Source: Gnetum montanum (taxonomy: Eukaryota; Plantae; Gnetophyta). From it: 64,000 bases of DNA. A program made the translations under genes and the position numbers. A model generated the notes under the pieces. It was given only the letters and a program-made list of their open reading frames with translations. It did no database searches and was not told the DNA's origin. The stretch lies in the NCBI GenBank assembly GCA_015680685.1, contig MNCI01000459.1, positions 62,001 to 126,000 of the forward strand, read 5' to 3'. Shown in pieces: positions 1 to 10,646 of the stretch; positions within the stretch are counted from its first letter, which is position 1; each line of letters starts with the position of its first letter.

Positions 1-419
1 GTTTCAATTGTGTTATATATGCTTAAAACATGCTTCCAAGCTTGGCATGGTGGTGTTGTTATAGTTATGCTTGATGCTTTAGAAGAATTATAGAGGATTA
101 TAATGATACCTCAAGTATGACTCAAACTAGCAACCTTTCACCTAAATATACAGTGAGCTAACCACATGAGCCACCTAACAGTGAGCTAACAACTTGGCAA
201 AAACGTTGGAAACAAAACAAATCAGAGCTTAACCTAACAATTAGTGACAAATTAAAATCCTAAACAATCTAATAACTAATATTGATACTTATACCCTTAC
301 CATGTAAACAAGCGTGGTAAAAGATTGTTATTTAATCTAATACTAATACTAATAATTTATGGCTTCTGTGCAGACTCAAAGGATCTATCAGACAAATAAA
401 CTTATTCAAAATACATCAA

Positions 420-760
420 TAGCAATAAATCCTGAGTATATTAGATGTGTACAATATTGATGCAACTTCAACATGGCTTCTATATAATTCCCTAGAACTA
501 ATAGTGGTAGCTCAAATAGCTTTTATAGAGAGTGACTTGAGATTTGTCACTTTCTTCTAAAAAAATCTAGTCTACAACATTCTAATAATACATGGTGCTC
601 TCATCTTCTATCACTTGTAGTATAGCTAACATATAAATTCTAATAATACGTGGTGATCTCATCTTTTATCACCTATAATATAGTGGACATATTCTATCTT
701 TGAATGGCTCATTGTTCCATCTTCAATGGAGTGGTCCCATTCTTACTTTGCTAATTAGTG
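420..760. repeat. Dispersed repeat homologous to 21575-21980, with internal ~59-bp tandem duplication (about 577-695)
   Basis: agcaataaatcctgagta...attctaataatacat aligns by eye with agcaataaatcttgagta...attctaataatacat at 21576-21750. Confidence 0.65.
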
Positions 761-1739
761 TTATCATGGCTATAAGATTAATTACATGTAGATATTTCAT
801 TTCATTCTAAATGTTACCTCCAATATTTTGTCAATAAAATTGAAGCTTTTTTGGTATTTGTGCCTCATTTTGTCATATTTTTTAAACTTTCTCCATAATA
901 AGTTTTCGAGCTTATTTTGAATTTATTATTCCATCAATATTATCAATATCCCAATTTTGTAGCCACAATCATCGTACATGGAACCATCCTATTGTTGAGA
1001 TTTTCAAATGATCTCTCCTCAGATCTTATTCTCTAAGACAGTTCTTGAGGATTCATGAGATTGGGGTTAGTATTTCCATCTTAGGAGAATGCAATGGTCA
1101 AGAAAATGGAATATCTTTTGGGAGAACATGCAACAAAATCTTGAGCATATCCACAACTAGTCAACGAGAAGGCTTTAACATACATGTAGTCTAACGTAGA
1201 AGGTTAGAAAATTTTTTATTTATATCACATTAGATCTAATAAACTAGATGCATAACCTCACTATCTCTTAGTTGTTATTTCAATCAAATGTCCATATATT
1301 ATCAACAAAAGAAGAGGGCATCTGTAAGTTATTCAAGTGAAGAGCTCTTATATTATACTTGAACTTTCTTCTTTGTATTTTAACAAAGAAGAATGAAGTG
1401 CTCATATTTATCAAAGAGGAGAATTAAACAAACATGCTTCATTAATAAGGATGTGTCAGTTATGGAATGAGCTACTTCTGCACATTTTATCATTGTTTAA
1501 AGATGATGCTATGTTCAACTTTATATTGACTCTTTTTTTGAAAAAAAAAAAAAAAGCAATGAAGAATGAATAATGGAGTGAGAGCTTAAAGATATTGTTA
1601 ACCAACACTCTTGTCTATCATAGAGGAGACTTGACGATGTTTTACATTGTTCAAGGACGTTTGAGTTGCACATTTTATCGTTCATGAAATATTACACAAT
1701 TGCAACTGAGACTTAGGGACATCATTATTTCAAGATGTC

Positions 1740-1804
1740 TTACAATCCCATGTAGGAAATATGAGACCATGTATTACAATCCCATGTAGGAAATATGAGA
1801 CCAT
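1740..1804. repeat. 34-bp tandem duplication
   Basis: ttacaatcccatgtaggaaatatgagaccat occurs twice in tandem. Confidence 0.9.
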
Positions 1805-1850
1805 TGGGTTTTTCTTATGACTTGTCTAAGAAACATCAAATTGTTGGGCA

Positions 1851-1851
<1 letters not shown>

Positions 1852-1909
<58 letters not shown>

Positions 1910-1923
1910 AGAAGAAGAAGGAA
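1852..1923 (+). repeat. Poly(A) tract followed by (GAA)n
   Basis: About 56 consecutive A then gaagaagaag; an N follows at 1934. Confidence 0.9.
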
Positions 1924-1935
1924 GGGGTGCTGANC

Positions 1936-2250
1936 GGTGAAAAAAGTCAAAATAAAAAAAATTTGAAAAAATCAAATTAAAAGAACTTTCATTTAGGTGA
2001 AAAAATTTAAATTAAAAAAACTTTGAAAAAATCAAATTAAAAAAACTTTCATTTAGGTGAAAAAAAAATTTCCGTTGGAAAAAAGTCAAATTAAATAAAC
2101 TCTGAAAAAATTAAATTAAAAGAACTTTCATTTAGGTGAAAAAAATGTCATTGGGTGAAAAAAGTTAAATTAAAAAAACTTTGAAAAAATGAAATTAAAC
2201 TTTCATTTAGGTGAAAAAAAACATTTCCGTTGGGTGAAAAAATTTAAAAC
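1936..2250. repeat. AT-rich minisatellite, ~60-80 bp unit, about 4 copies
   Basis: Recurring tgaaaaaatcaaattaaaa..actttcatttaggtgaaaaaa. Confidence 0.85.
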
Positions 2251-2345
2251 TTTTGCTTCCATCTTACGGATGCCTCTTGTGAAAGAGCAAGAGTAGCTTC
2301 GCGTATGCTATATGCTTCTTTTGAAACAGCAATTGTAGCTTCGTA

Positions 2346-2409
2346 TTCTCATAACTATATGCAGTAAATCTTCTAAATTCTCATAACTATATGCAGTAAA
2401 TCTTCTAAA
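2346..2409. repeat. 32-bp tandem duplication
   Basis: ttctcataactatatgcagtaaatcttctaaa x2. Confidence 0.9.
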
Positions 2410-2917
2410 CCCACAATTCGTGTGGGATAAAAACATGGCAAAATTTTAATTTTAGTAATATGAATGGTACGACTAACCGATGGAAATCGTGCCCGCCTGT
2501 AACAACAATGAACCCAATTGCGAAGGCTGAGTCATGCTGTTCTGTTCTGGAAATTGGGCAAGAATCCACCATGAGAGATCTGAGGCACACTAGTTACCGT
2601 GACCCTATGTTGCCAGAAACGCAACGGATTCATAACGTTTCATGTTTTTCGTTGCGGAAACGGGATCCCGTTTCAAAATGCCGTTTCTCATGAACAGTAA
2701 CCGTCACTTGGTGGGCGAAATGTTTCAGGGGGTAGACTGAAACGTTTTTCACATGTTTCATTACGTTTTTTCACAGGTTTCATTTACTGCATCTGTCATG
2801 AACTATATGCACGTCTGTCATGAGTTAAATGCAGATCTGTAATAGCAAAAATGGAGGGAAAAAAATTTAGGGTTTATTCTATGGCAAAGACGTCAATAAG
2901 TAACACATTTGGTGCCT

Positions 2918-3075
2918 GTGCTGTTGCTGCTGCTGAACTTGTTGCTGCCGCTAAATGCTGTTGCTGCTGCTGCTGAATGTTGTTGCTGCCGCTGAACGTT
3001 GTTGCTATTGCTGCTGCTAAACGTTGTTGCTGTCGCTGAACTTGTTGCTGCCGCTGAACGTTGTTGCTGCCGCTT
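2918..3075. repeat. CTG/TTG-rich minisatellite (~19-bp unit gctgaacgttgttgctgcc) inside the hAT element
   Basis: Directly visible repeated units. Confidence 0.85.
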
Positions 3076-3731
3076 TTGCATCATTGTGCTATGAATGCTG
3101 TTAATCCTGCAATTTCTGCCACTTCTGAATCGCTCTCCATGGCCGTTGTTGTTGCTTCTGCATCGCATCCCTGTCCATAACCACTAACCAGTCAACTCTG
3201 TGGTAAGTCTGGTTCTGCAACAAACAGTCCTCCTCCCTCTTCAAAACAATAACGTTTTTACCATGTTTCATTTGAAATATACCAATAACTACAAAAGGCA
3301 AGACCACATAATGATCCCCCTGCGTCCCTACCCTAGCCCCCCTCTACCAGGTCGATGCCCCCCAAGTCTTCTTCGCTATTCTTGCTCATTATGCGGGTGG
3401 GGGTGTGCCCCCCCTTGGGTTGTCCCGGGCCCTCGTCCCCGAGGAGGGGGGGGGGGGGGGGGGGGCCCCCCCCCTCCCTATTTCCTAGGGGGGCACCCCC
3501 CCTCTCTATCTTCTGAGGGACGCTCCCCTCTCTCTGTTTCCTGGGGGTGCCCCCCCACTATTTTTGTTTTGTCATGGGAGTTATATTGATTAATTTTTTA
3601 TTTTTTGATAGACAATGTTCTTTGATTATTTTTTATTTTTGTGCCCCCCCTTCGATTGTCCCGGGTGGGGGGTGGCCCCCTCATCCTCGAGGGGGGAGGG
3701 GGGGGGGCGCACCCCCTCTCTGTTTCCTAGA

Positions 3732-5484
3732 AGCATAAAGGATAGTTGGTCTACTACAGGTGTTTCTATTTTATCAGATGGGTGTACAGATATTACCAAC
3801 AAACCACTTATTAATATTCTTGCATCATCTCCAAAAGGTGTTATTTTTATCAAGTCACATGACACTTCAGGAAATGTTAAAAATGCTGCTTATCTAATGG
3901 GATTATTTCGTGAGGCTATAAATACAATAGGAAGAGATAATATTGTGCAAATTATCACAGATAGTGCTTCAAATAATGTTTTGGCAGGAGAGATGATAGA
4001 GGATGAATATTCAAATATCTTTTGGACTCCTTGTGCAACACATTGCTTGAATCTGTTATTAAAAGATATTTATGTTGGTGTTGACTGGATATCTGAAGTT
4101 GTAGCAAATGGTAAAAAAATTCAGCAATTTATCACTAATCATTCATTGTCACAAGCCATCTACAGAAAGTACTCTTCTTTACAGTTATTAAAATATGCAG
4201 AAACTAGGTTTGCCTCACAATTTATTATGATTGAACGTCTTTTTAAAGTGAAACAGTCTCTTAGGGAAATGGCAATTTCAGTAGAGTGGGAAAGGTGGAA
4301 AATTTCATCAAGTGTTAATTCAAGTTTATGTGAAGAAATTGTTGATCTTATTGTTGGAAGTAGGGAAAAATTATTTTGGAAACAAGTTGAAGCTACTTTA
4401 AAAATTTTTTATCCCATCTATGAGGTTTTGAGACTTTGCGATAGTAATTCTCCATCCATGGGAGAAATTTTTGAAAAAATGGATCAAACGAGAGAATCAT
4501 TGTTTCAGATTTTACAAAATGATTCATTTTCTTTTGATCAGCATACAAAGGATTTAATATGGGAATGTAGTGAAAAGAGATGGAGGATGCTTCATTCTCC
4601 CCTTCATTCTATTGGGTTTCTTCTTAATCCAAAATGGTTTCATAAAAAGCCATGGATAGATGAGGAAGTTAACAAAGGTTGGAAAACTTATATTGATCGA
4701 TGTTTTTCAAGTAGAGAAGATCGTGTAAAGATAAAGAAAGAATATGGCATTTATATCAAATCAGAGGGAGATTTTGCACATCCTGATTGTGCATATGATC
4801 GTGAAGCATTAGATGCTTTTACATTTTGGAATCAATATGGAACTCAAACTCCATTACTGAAGGAGGTAGCAATTCGTGTTTTATCTCAAGTAAGTTTTCT
4901 TTTTTAAATTTTACTTAAAGATATTTATAAATATTTTTTTGTGAATTAAATATTTAATGACATTAATCTTTTCTTTCTTCATGTTTGCTGCCTCTCTTTA
5001 ATTTTTGTTGTTTCCTTTATTTAAGCTAAAATAGCATATTTCTATCTTATTTTTAATAAAGGTTTTTTCACTCTTATTGATTATGGAAGAAGATAATCAA
5101 AATCCTTATGCTTATGTAACAAAGATTTTTTAGCAGAATCTTCTTATTAAGTTTTGAATTTAATTCTTTTCTGTATTATAGGTTTCCAGTGCATCAGCAT
5201 GTGAAAGAAATTGGAGTGAATATGCATTTATTCAGTCAACAAAACGCAACAGACTAGGCACTGCGAAGGCTGAAGATTTAGTTTTTATTCATTCAAATAT
5301 TAGGTTATTATCTCAATCTTCTCAAGATTACAAAATGGGTCCTCATCGAATGTGGGATTATGGAGGATCTATGGATGATGGAGATGATGAATTTCCTATC
5401 GAAGTTCTAGATTCTAATTATGAAAATATGTTTGATGATAAAAATAAAAAACGTATAAAAAATAATAGTAACAATATGGTATAA
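3732..5484 (+). CDS. hAT transposase (DUF659/RNase H-like core plus C-terminal dimerisation domain), 5'-truncated; exons 3732-4889 and 5182-5484
   Basis: Motifs SDG(C)TD, ITDSASN, WTPCATHCLNL, ETRF, LHSIGFLLNP; phase-0 GT-AG intron 4890-5181; exon 2 reads VSSASACERNWS...RNRL...LVFIHSN to TAA at 5482-5484. No BED finger or native start visible. Confidence 0.9.
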
Positions 5485-5904
5485 ACAATATTAAGTATGT
5501 TACAAGTTTAACATGTTAATGTATTGGACTTAATATATCATGTATTGCTGATGAACCCTTAGAGGGTTCTTGGGCCCGGGTAGTGGGGGACGCTCGCCCC
5601 GATCTCTTTGCTGTTTTGGCTCTTCTTGCTGGTGGGGGGGTGTGCCCCCCTGCTGTCCTTGGTGGGGGGTGCCCCCCTCGCTTTCTAGGGGGTTGCCCCC
5701 CCGCCCCCCTCAATGACCAAAATTGTTCTTAATATATATTTTTGTTTTTTATTAATTTTTTTTCAAAAAATATTTATTTNTTGCTAAAGTTACTATGATT
5801 CTATATTTAAAGCTCGTTTCTTTTTGGGCAGATTGTTTGCCGTTTCCGTTGCATTGCCGTTGCTCACGTTGCGCCGTTTCCGTTTCGGTAACTATGCCGT
5901 GACC

Positions 5905-6620
5905 CTGTGTTTTGAGTGTTATCCAACTCCCTCCGTGTCTCTTGATCACTCCTTCCACCTAGCAGTCCTGTTTAATAGAAACATTTTAAAACCCAGATGT
6001 GATTGCAAAAACATGTGTCATAGTACTGGCTATCCCGCTTGCAAAGCACATCTATGAGCACACTGTAAGCAACAACGTCCAGCTGAAGCCCCTTTCTCAT
6101 CATCACATAACACGTCTGTGGCTTCTTGCCGTTTCCCTGTCTTGTACAAACCATCAATGTAGGTAGTGTAGCTAAATTCATTAGGATCTACAGAATGCAG
6201 AATCATGGATGCAATCAACTGACGAGTTTCATCCAGCATTCCCTTCCTGCAAAACCAACAAATAAATGCATTGTAGGTGAAAATATTGGGAGAAATGCCA
6301 GCATATGCCAGCATTTTCCATCTCTGTAAACAAATCCATGGCATGATCCAAACTTGTAAACAAATCCATGGCATGATCCAAACTTCCAACCTTGCAGAGA
6401 CTGTCAATCAGAACATCGAAGGTAATCTTATCAAATTACTCATCCGCAGATTGCATGTTTGAAGGGTTAAAAAGCACCGAGATTTCGATTTCTGGGAGAC
6501 GATGCTGTAAAAATTTTGCATTGCCTCCTGGATCATGCCTCCGAACAAGAATTTCATGACTCAGTATTGATGTGGATGAATGCCAATACGCTTGGGCGTT
6601 TTTAGGAATCTCACAAAAAT
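5905..6620 (-). pseudogene. Pentatricopeptide repeat (PPR) pseudogene
   Basis: Frame-hopping P-type repeats DKITFDVLIDSLCKVGSLDHAMDLFTEMENAG, ISPNIFTYNAFICWFCRKGMLDETRQLIASM, DPNEFSYTTYIDGLYKTGKRQEA, LDVVAYSVLIDVLCK; stops, a 30-bp and a 10-bp internal duplication. Confidence 0.85.
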
Positions 6621-6911
6621 TCTGCGTGGCAATGTGAGTACCATGGCCAATCTGCTGCTGCTTTTGCTTTGGTAGTTCTATGTCGTGATTGCTTGTATAA
6701 TGCAGCATGCATACACATCCACAACAATGAATACAGTACAGTACAGTATTTGATTTTGATTCAATCATAAGTTCAATTCAATCCAGCCCATTCTACTGCC
6801 GCTACCAGGTCCAGGTAGGTCCTGTATTTGTGGTATGCTTTACAAAGCTTTCGGTACGTTACACACCGGTCAACATGGCCGATTTTCCTCATGAAATGAT
6901 GTTTACGTAAT

Positions 6912-7020
6912 ATATATATTTAAACAAAATATTAAAAATTGAAAAGAAAATTCAACAAGTTTTTTGAAAACATATACATTTAAACAAAATATTAAAAATT
7001 GAGAAGAAAATTCAAGAAGT
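6912..7020. repeat. ~60-bp tandem duplication
   Basis: atttaaacaaaatattaaaaattga.aagaaaattcaa.aagt x2. Confidence 0.85.
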
Positions 7021-7173
7021 AGTTACAAGTCATTATATAAAACCATGCATGAATAATAATAAGTTCAACTTCAACCTAGGTCATAAACAAGTATCTACAT
7101 GGTGTGTTCTTTAGTTTTTGTACTAGTAATTATATGTTTATCATTAGCATTAACTTGAATTTTCATAATTATT

Positions 7174-7520
7174 GGCTTGAAAATTAGTAGAAGTGAGACC
7201 AAATATATGGAATGCAATTTCAATAATGCCATAAATAATGGTCAAATAGAAGTGCCAATTCAAGGCCAAAAAGTCCATTAGTGCAAACTACCTACTCTCA
7301 ATGCTCCAATTAAATGGTAAAATTGATAAAGATATAAGAAATAGGATTGAGGTAGGTTGGTCAAAATGGAGATAGGCTAGTGATGTTCTATGTGATAAAA
7401 GAATCCCAGTAAAACCAAAGGAAAAATTTTATAGGATAGCAATCAAGCCTACTATCTTATATAGTGATGAATTTTAGGTAGTACAAAAGAAGCATGAACA
7501 ACAAATTGAAATTGAAACTG
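7174..7520 (+). mobile_element. RTE-clade LINE fragment (C-terminal part of RT)
   Basis: Translates GLKISRSETKYMECNF...NGKIDKDIRNRIEVGWSKWR*ASDVLCDKRIPVKPKEKFYRIAIKPTILY, matching the plant RTE pattern GWxKWRxASGVLCDxxxPxKLKGKFY. Confidence 0.85.
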
Positions 7521-7639
7521 AAATTTTATTATGTTTGTAGATCCTCTAGATCTAATGGACACAAGAAATACAAATGCTACGAGTTTTGAAAACATCATTA
7601 TTCTTGGTAACATTTAGAACAAGTCAACCAAATTTGCAA

Positions 7640-7830
7640 TTATAATATCTCATGTATGTCTAACATGGTCCAATGTATGACAATGTCAGAAAATGTGATA
7701 GTCATCTTCAATGTTATTTGTATTGTATAATCAACATATTCATTTTTCACAAGGAATTTTAAGCCATCTACCGATTTTAACTCTTAGATGATGAGATCCC
7801 ATTCATGTTATGCTAATTGTGCATTATAAA
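7640..7830 (-). mobile_element. LINE ORF2 C-terminal zinc-finger relic (RTEX-like)
   Basis: Minus strand gives frameshifted MGSHHLRVKIGRWLKIPCEK...NIEDDYHIF..C, resembling the SHxLxxExGRW...C..C...EDExH..C motif. Confidence 0.6.
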
Positions 7831-8059
7831 TGATGAGGAATAGTTGACACCATTTTGCTGGGATAATGCTAGGATGACGATGACGACGAAATGATGAGGA
7901 ATAGTAGCAAATAAATAGTTTGCATTTGAATTAAGGCCTTCTCTATAATATTTAAAGATAAATGTTTTTTCTTCCTTCTACATTTTTTTAAAGTTTTTGA
8001 AATATTGCTTGTTTTACCAATTCACAAACTTGGTTAGGATTAAAATAAAGAATATACTT

Positions 8060-8430
8060 TTGACAATTCCATTTATTAAGCCATAAAACTTTGTTATAAA
8101 GCCATTCTTTATCATGGGTTTTCATCACCAACTTTTTAAAGTATTTATCTAATGAAGATGCAGAAAGATTATGAGTGCAGGCTATAAACTAATAAATAAC
8201 TTCAACCTCTAATGGCATCATTTTTGCTTCAAGAAGCATAATATTGTATTATGTCCATTGATGAGAACTATGTGCCCTTTGTTAGAATTATTACTCTTTA
8301 TTGCATAAATGTCCAAGCCATGGCTTCTCCTCGAGGAAGAACAACTTCACCACATCATAGATGGGCTTCAAACTCAAACCCAAGAGATCCTTGGAACATA
8401 TGCTAAAGGAAAATTATACAAATTAGAAGG
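8060..8430 (+). mobile_element. Athila-like gag fragment
   Basis: YSLLHKCPSHGF...HHIIDGLQTQTQEILGTYAKGKLYKL, homologous to the gag at 28760-29086. Confidence 0.7.
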
Positions 8431-10646
8431 CCATTAGATTTTAAGGCTAATTCAATGGCTTTAAGAAGGTCCTAACAAAGGGCACATTGTTCAACTAGGC
8501 TACATCTTTGACTATAAGGACTTAGGAGTATATCCTCAAACTCCATGATGCATTATGCATTTTATGTGGCTTATTTAAAGAGGTTTGTAGAGTTCTTATT
8601 AATGAGGAGGAATGGGTGTTTTGTGTAGCAAGACCCATAACAACTCTCTAGGTCTTGGATAAAGTATATTTATCCTACCATATAGACCTAGAACCCATAA
8701 GAGGATGTGGGAGAATCACTATCTATGATCATTAAGGAAGTTAGTGGTAGTTAGTGTGCTTTCCTTAACAACATGAGGAAGGAGCCTCTTAGAGTGCCAA
8801 CTAACATCAGGAGGGCTTGAGAGCTACGTAGAGAGGTTAATGGTGTAGCTAGATCGAAGCTCAAATGATCAATATAGGAAGTAGCACTAGCAACAGAGTA
8901 TCCTTTTTAGAAGAAGATCAAGTTGAAGCTTAATAGGTCACATTAGGCAGCCAATCATATGTCTTAACTATGATTTGACTATTCTATGTTTTGTGTATTA
9001 TGCCTATATTGCTATTTTATGTGCTAATTTGTTTTATGTCTTATGATTCTAGATAAGTGTCAAAATATGGTAGCCATAGCTACCATTACAGAGGAGGAGC
9101 AAAGGCATGTAGCTACCATAGTGAAGGAGGCATAGAGACATGCTATTTCCACAATAGTGGAGAAACAAAAACATCTGAAGTAGGTAATCTTACAATAACA
9201 TGAGGTTGAAGGGTTAGCCAACATTGATCTAGATGACCTAGATGTCTTATTTTGTGAGCCATTGCTAGGTGCATCCCTTATCATCATCCAAGAGGAGGAA
9301 GAGAAGCCAAGCATTTACATGCCTTAATGCTACTCACTAAAACCTATGGTTTTTTTTGTTTTTTGTTTAACTATTTGATGATTGTTATGCTTGTTGTAGT
9401 TCTTGAGTTATGGGTAGAGGCCTATACACCTGGTTTTGATGTGAAACCATAAGTAGAGGTCCTAGAAAAGATGGAGTTCATGTGTGGAGTGGCCAAGGAC
9501 ATCATTGATTGGTTACAATAGGTTGCACCTAAGATCAATAAGAACAATGATTTATTTCCATTAGTCATTTTCCTATGTTGTGTATGTATATTTGATGATA
9601 GGTTGTATTTATGTTATGGCTATGTTTGATTGTGGATCATGCTTATGGTTGTATTTATGGGTATGAATTTCTTACAATGGCATCAGTAGCATGGGACCCT
9701 AGCCATGTCATGGAGTTTGACTCCTTGCCAAAGCTTCCATTCAATCTTAAAAATGTAGCCCTAAAGTTGTACAAAACTACTATTGATCTTATAGTTTTGT
9801 GTGAAAAAACTTCATGGGAGCTCCAAAGGTCCAATGAATCCCTATGGAAGCAAGTTGTGGCCTTGATGGAGGAGACTCAATGACAAGTGAAGATAATTAG
9901 AAATCTTTAAGATTGGAAGGCATTTGTGAAAGCTCAAGTGGCTAACACAAACTACTTGCAAAATAAAGAGATCACATGGGATTGTTATTGGAACATCATC
10001 CATGAAAAGGTGGCACTTTGTAGGAAGATGATGAAGTAGTAGATACAGATGGATTTTATCTCTTGAAGAGCCAAGGATTGGAAGGATTATTATGCTTGGA
10101 TCCTAGGGTGAGATCAAACACAAAAGAATCATAAGATAAAATACAAGGCTGATCAGGAAGCATACCTTAGGTGGATTATGGAGGATATGACTCAATGACA
10201 CAAGAGAGAGCTATTCATCTAGGGGATTTAGGCTGAGAGTGCTTACCAACTCTTTGAAAGCACTCTCATAGTGGCCAAATCTCCTACTCCTTAGGTAATC
10301 TTGGCTACAGGTGTGACTTCTATGGCTATAGTATTAGATAAGGGTGGATCCAACAAACATCATCATAGGTATTAGTTTTGGGGATGTTAACTAGGCCAAT
10401 ATGATGGAAGACTAGATCCTCCATTATTTGGAGATTGGTCTTCAACATCTAATCCTAGAGTTCATTGAGCTAGATTCCATGTAGGTTTGATATATTATTT
10501 TTTTTTTAATTTTTTCTTAAGTTATATGTTTGTTGTTGGTTACTTATTAGCTTTGTGTTGTTATGTTTTAAGAACCAAGAGACATTAACAATCCCAGTGG
10601 TGAGGGTCAAGATGGCCCATCACTTCCTCCTCCAAATTCTCCTTAG
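8430..10646 (+). pseudogene. Decayed spliced accessory gene, homolog of the 3' half of 54962-59323
   Basis: Shared motifs GTLFN*A/GTKYNWA, WDP, WE..NE.LWK, YW, QMD, KDWKD, HK..YK; similar intron placement. Confidence 0.75.

Larger units (their letters stand above)
2605..5896 (+). mobile_element. hAT DNA transposon, internally deleted but young
   Basis: Identical 8-bp TSD CCGTGACC at 2597-2604 and 5897-5904; imperfect TIRs CTATGTTGCC.../...GGTAACTATG; subterminal AAACGG/CCGTTT repeats at both ends; transposase inside. Confidence 0.92.

Noticed and set aside
780-1740. Possible Ty1/copia gag/integrase relic (similar hints at 30600-30780 and a reversed Met PBS near 20665)
   Set aside because: Too decayed to support with specific motifs.
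1795-1980. Poly-lysine ORF
   Set aside because: Translation of a poly(A)/(GAA) tract next to an N.
1936-2250. Repeat array as CRISPR-like
   Set aside because: Units are degenerate tandem copies without unique spacers; eukaryotic context and no cas genes.
2591-2599. Alternative hAT left end at TAGTTACCG
   Set aside because: Gives a perfect 9-bp TIR but no TSD; the 2605 boundary gives an exact 8-bp TSD.
2893-3738. Gln/Ala-rich and Gly/Pro-rich ORFs, including the first 39 residues of ORF 3615-4907
   Set aside because: Products of CTG minisatellite and G/C-run repeats; not transposase-like.
3615-5484. Domesticated hAT host gene
   Set aside because: TIRs and TSD are intact and the N-terminus is missing, which fits a recent defective transposon.
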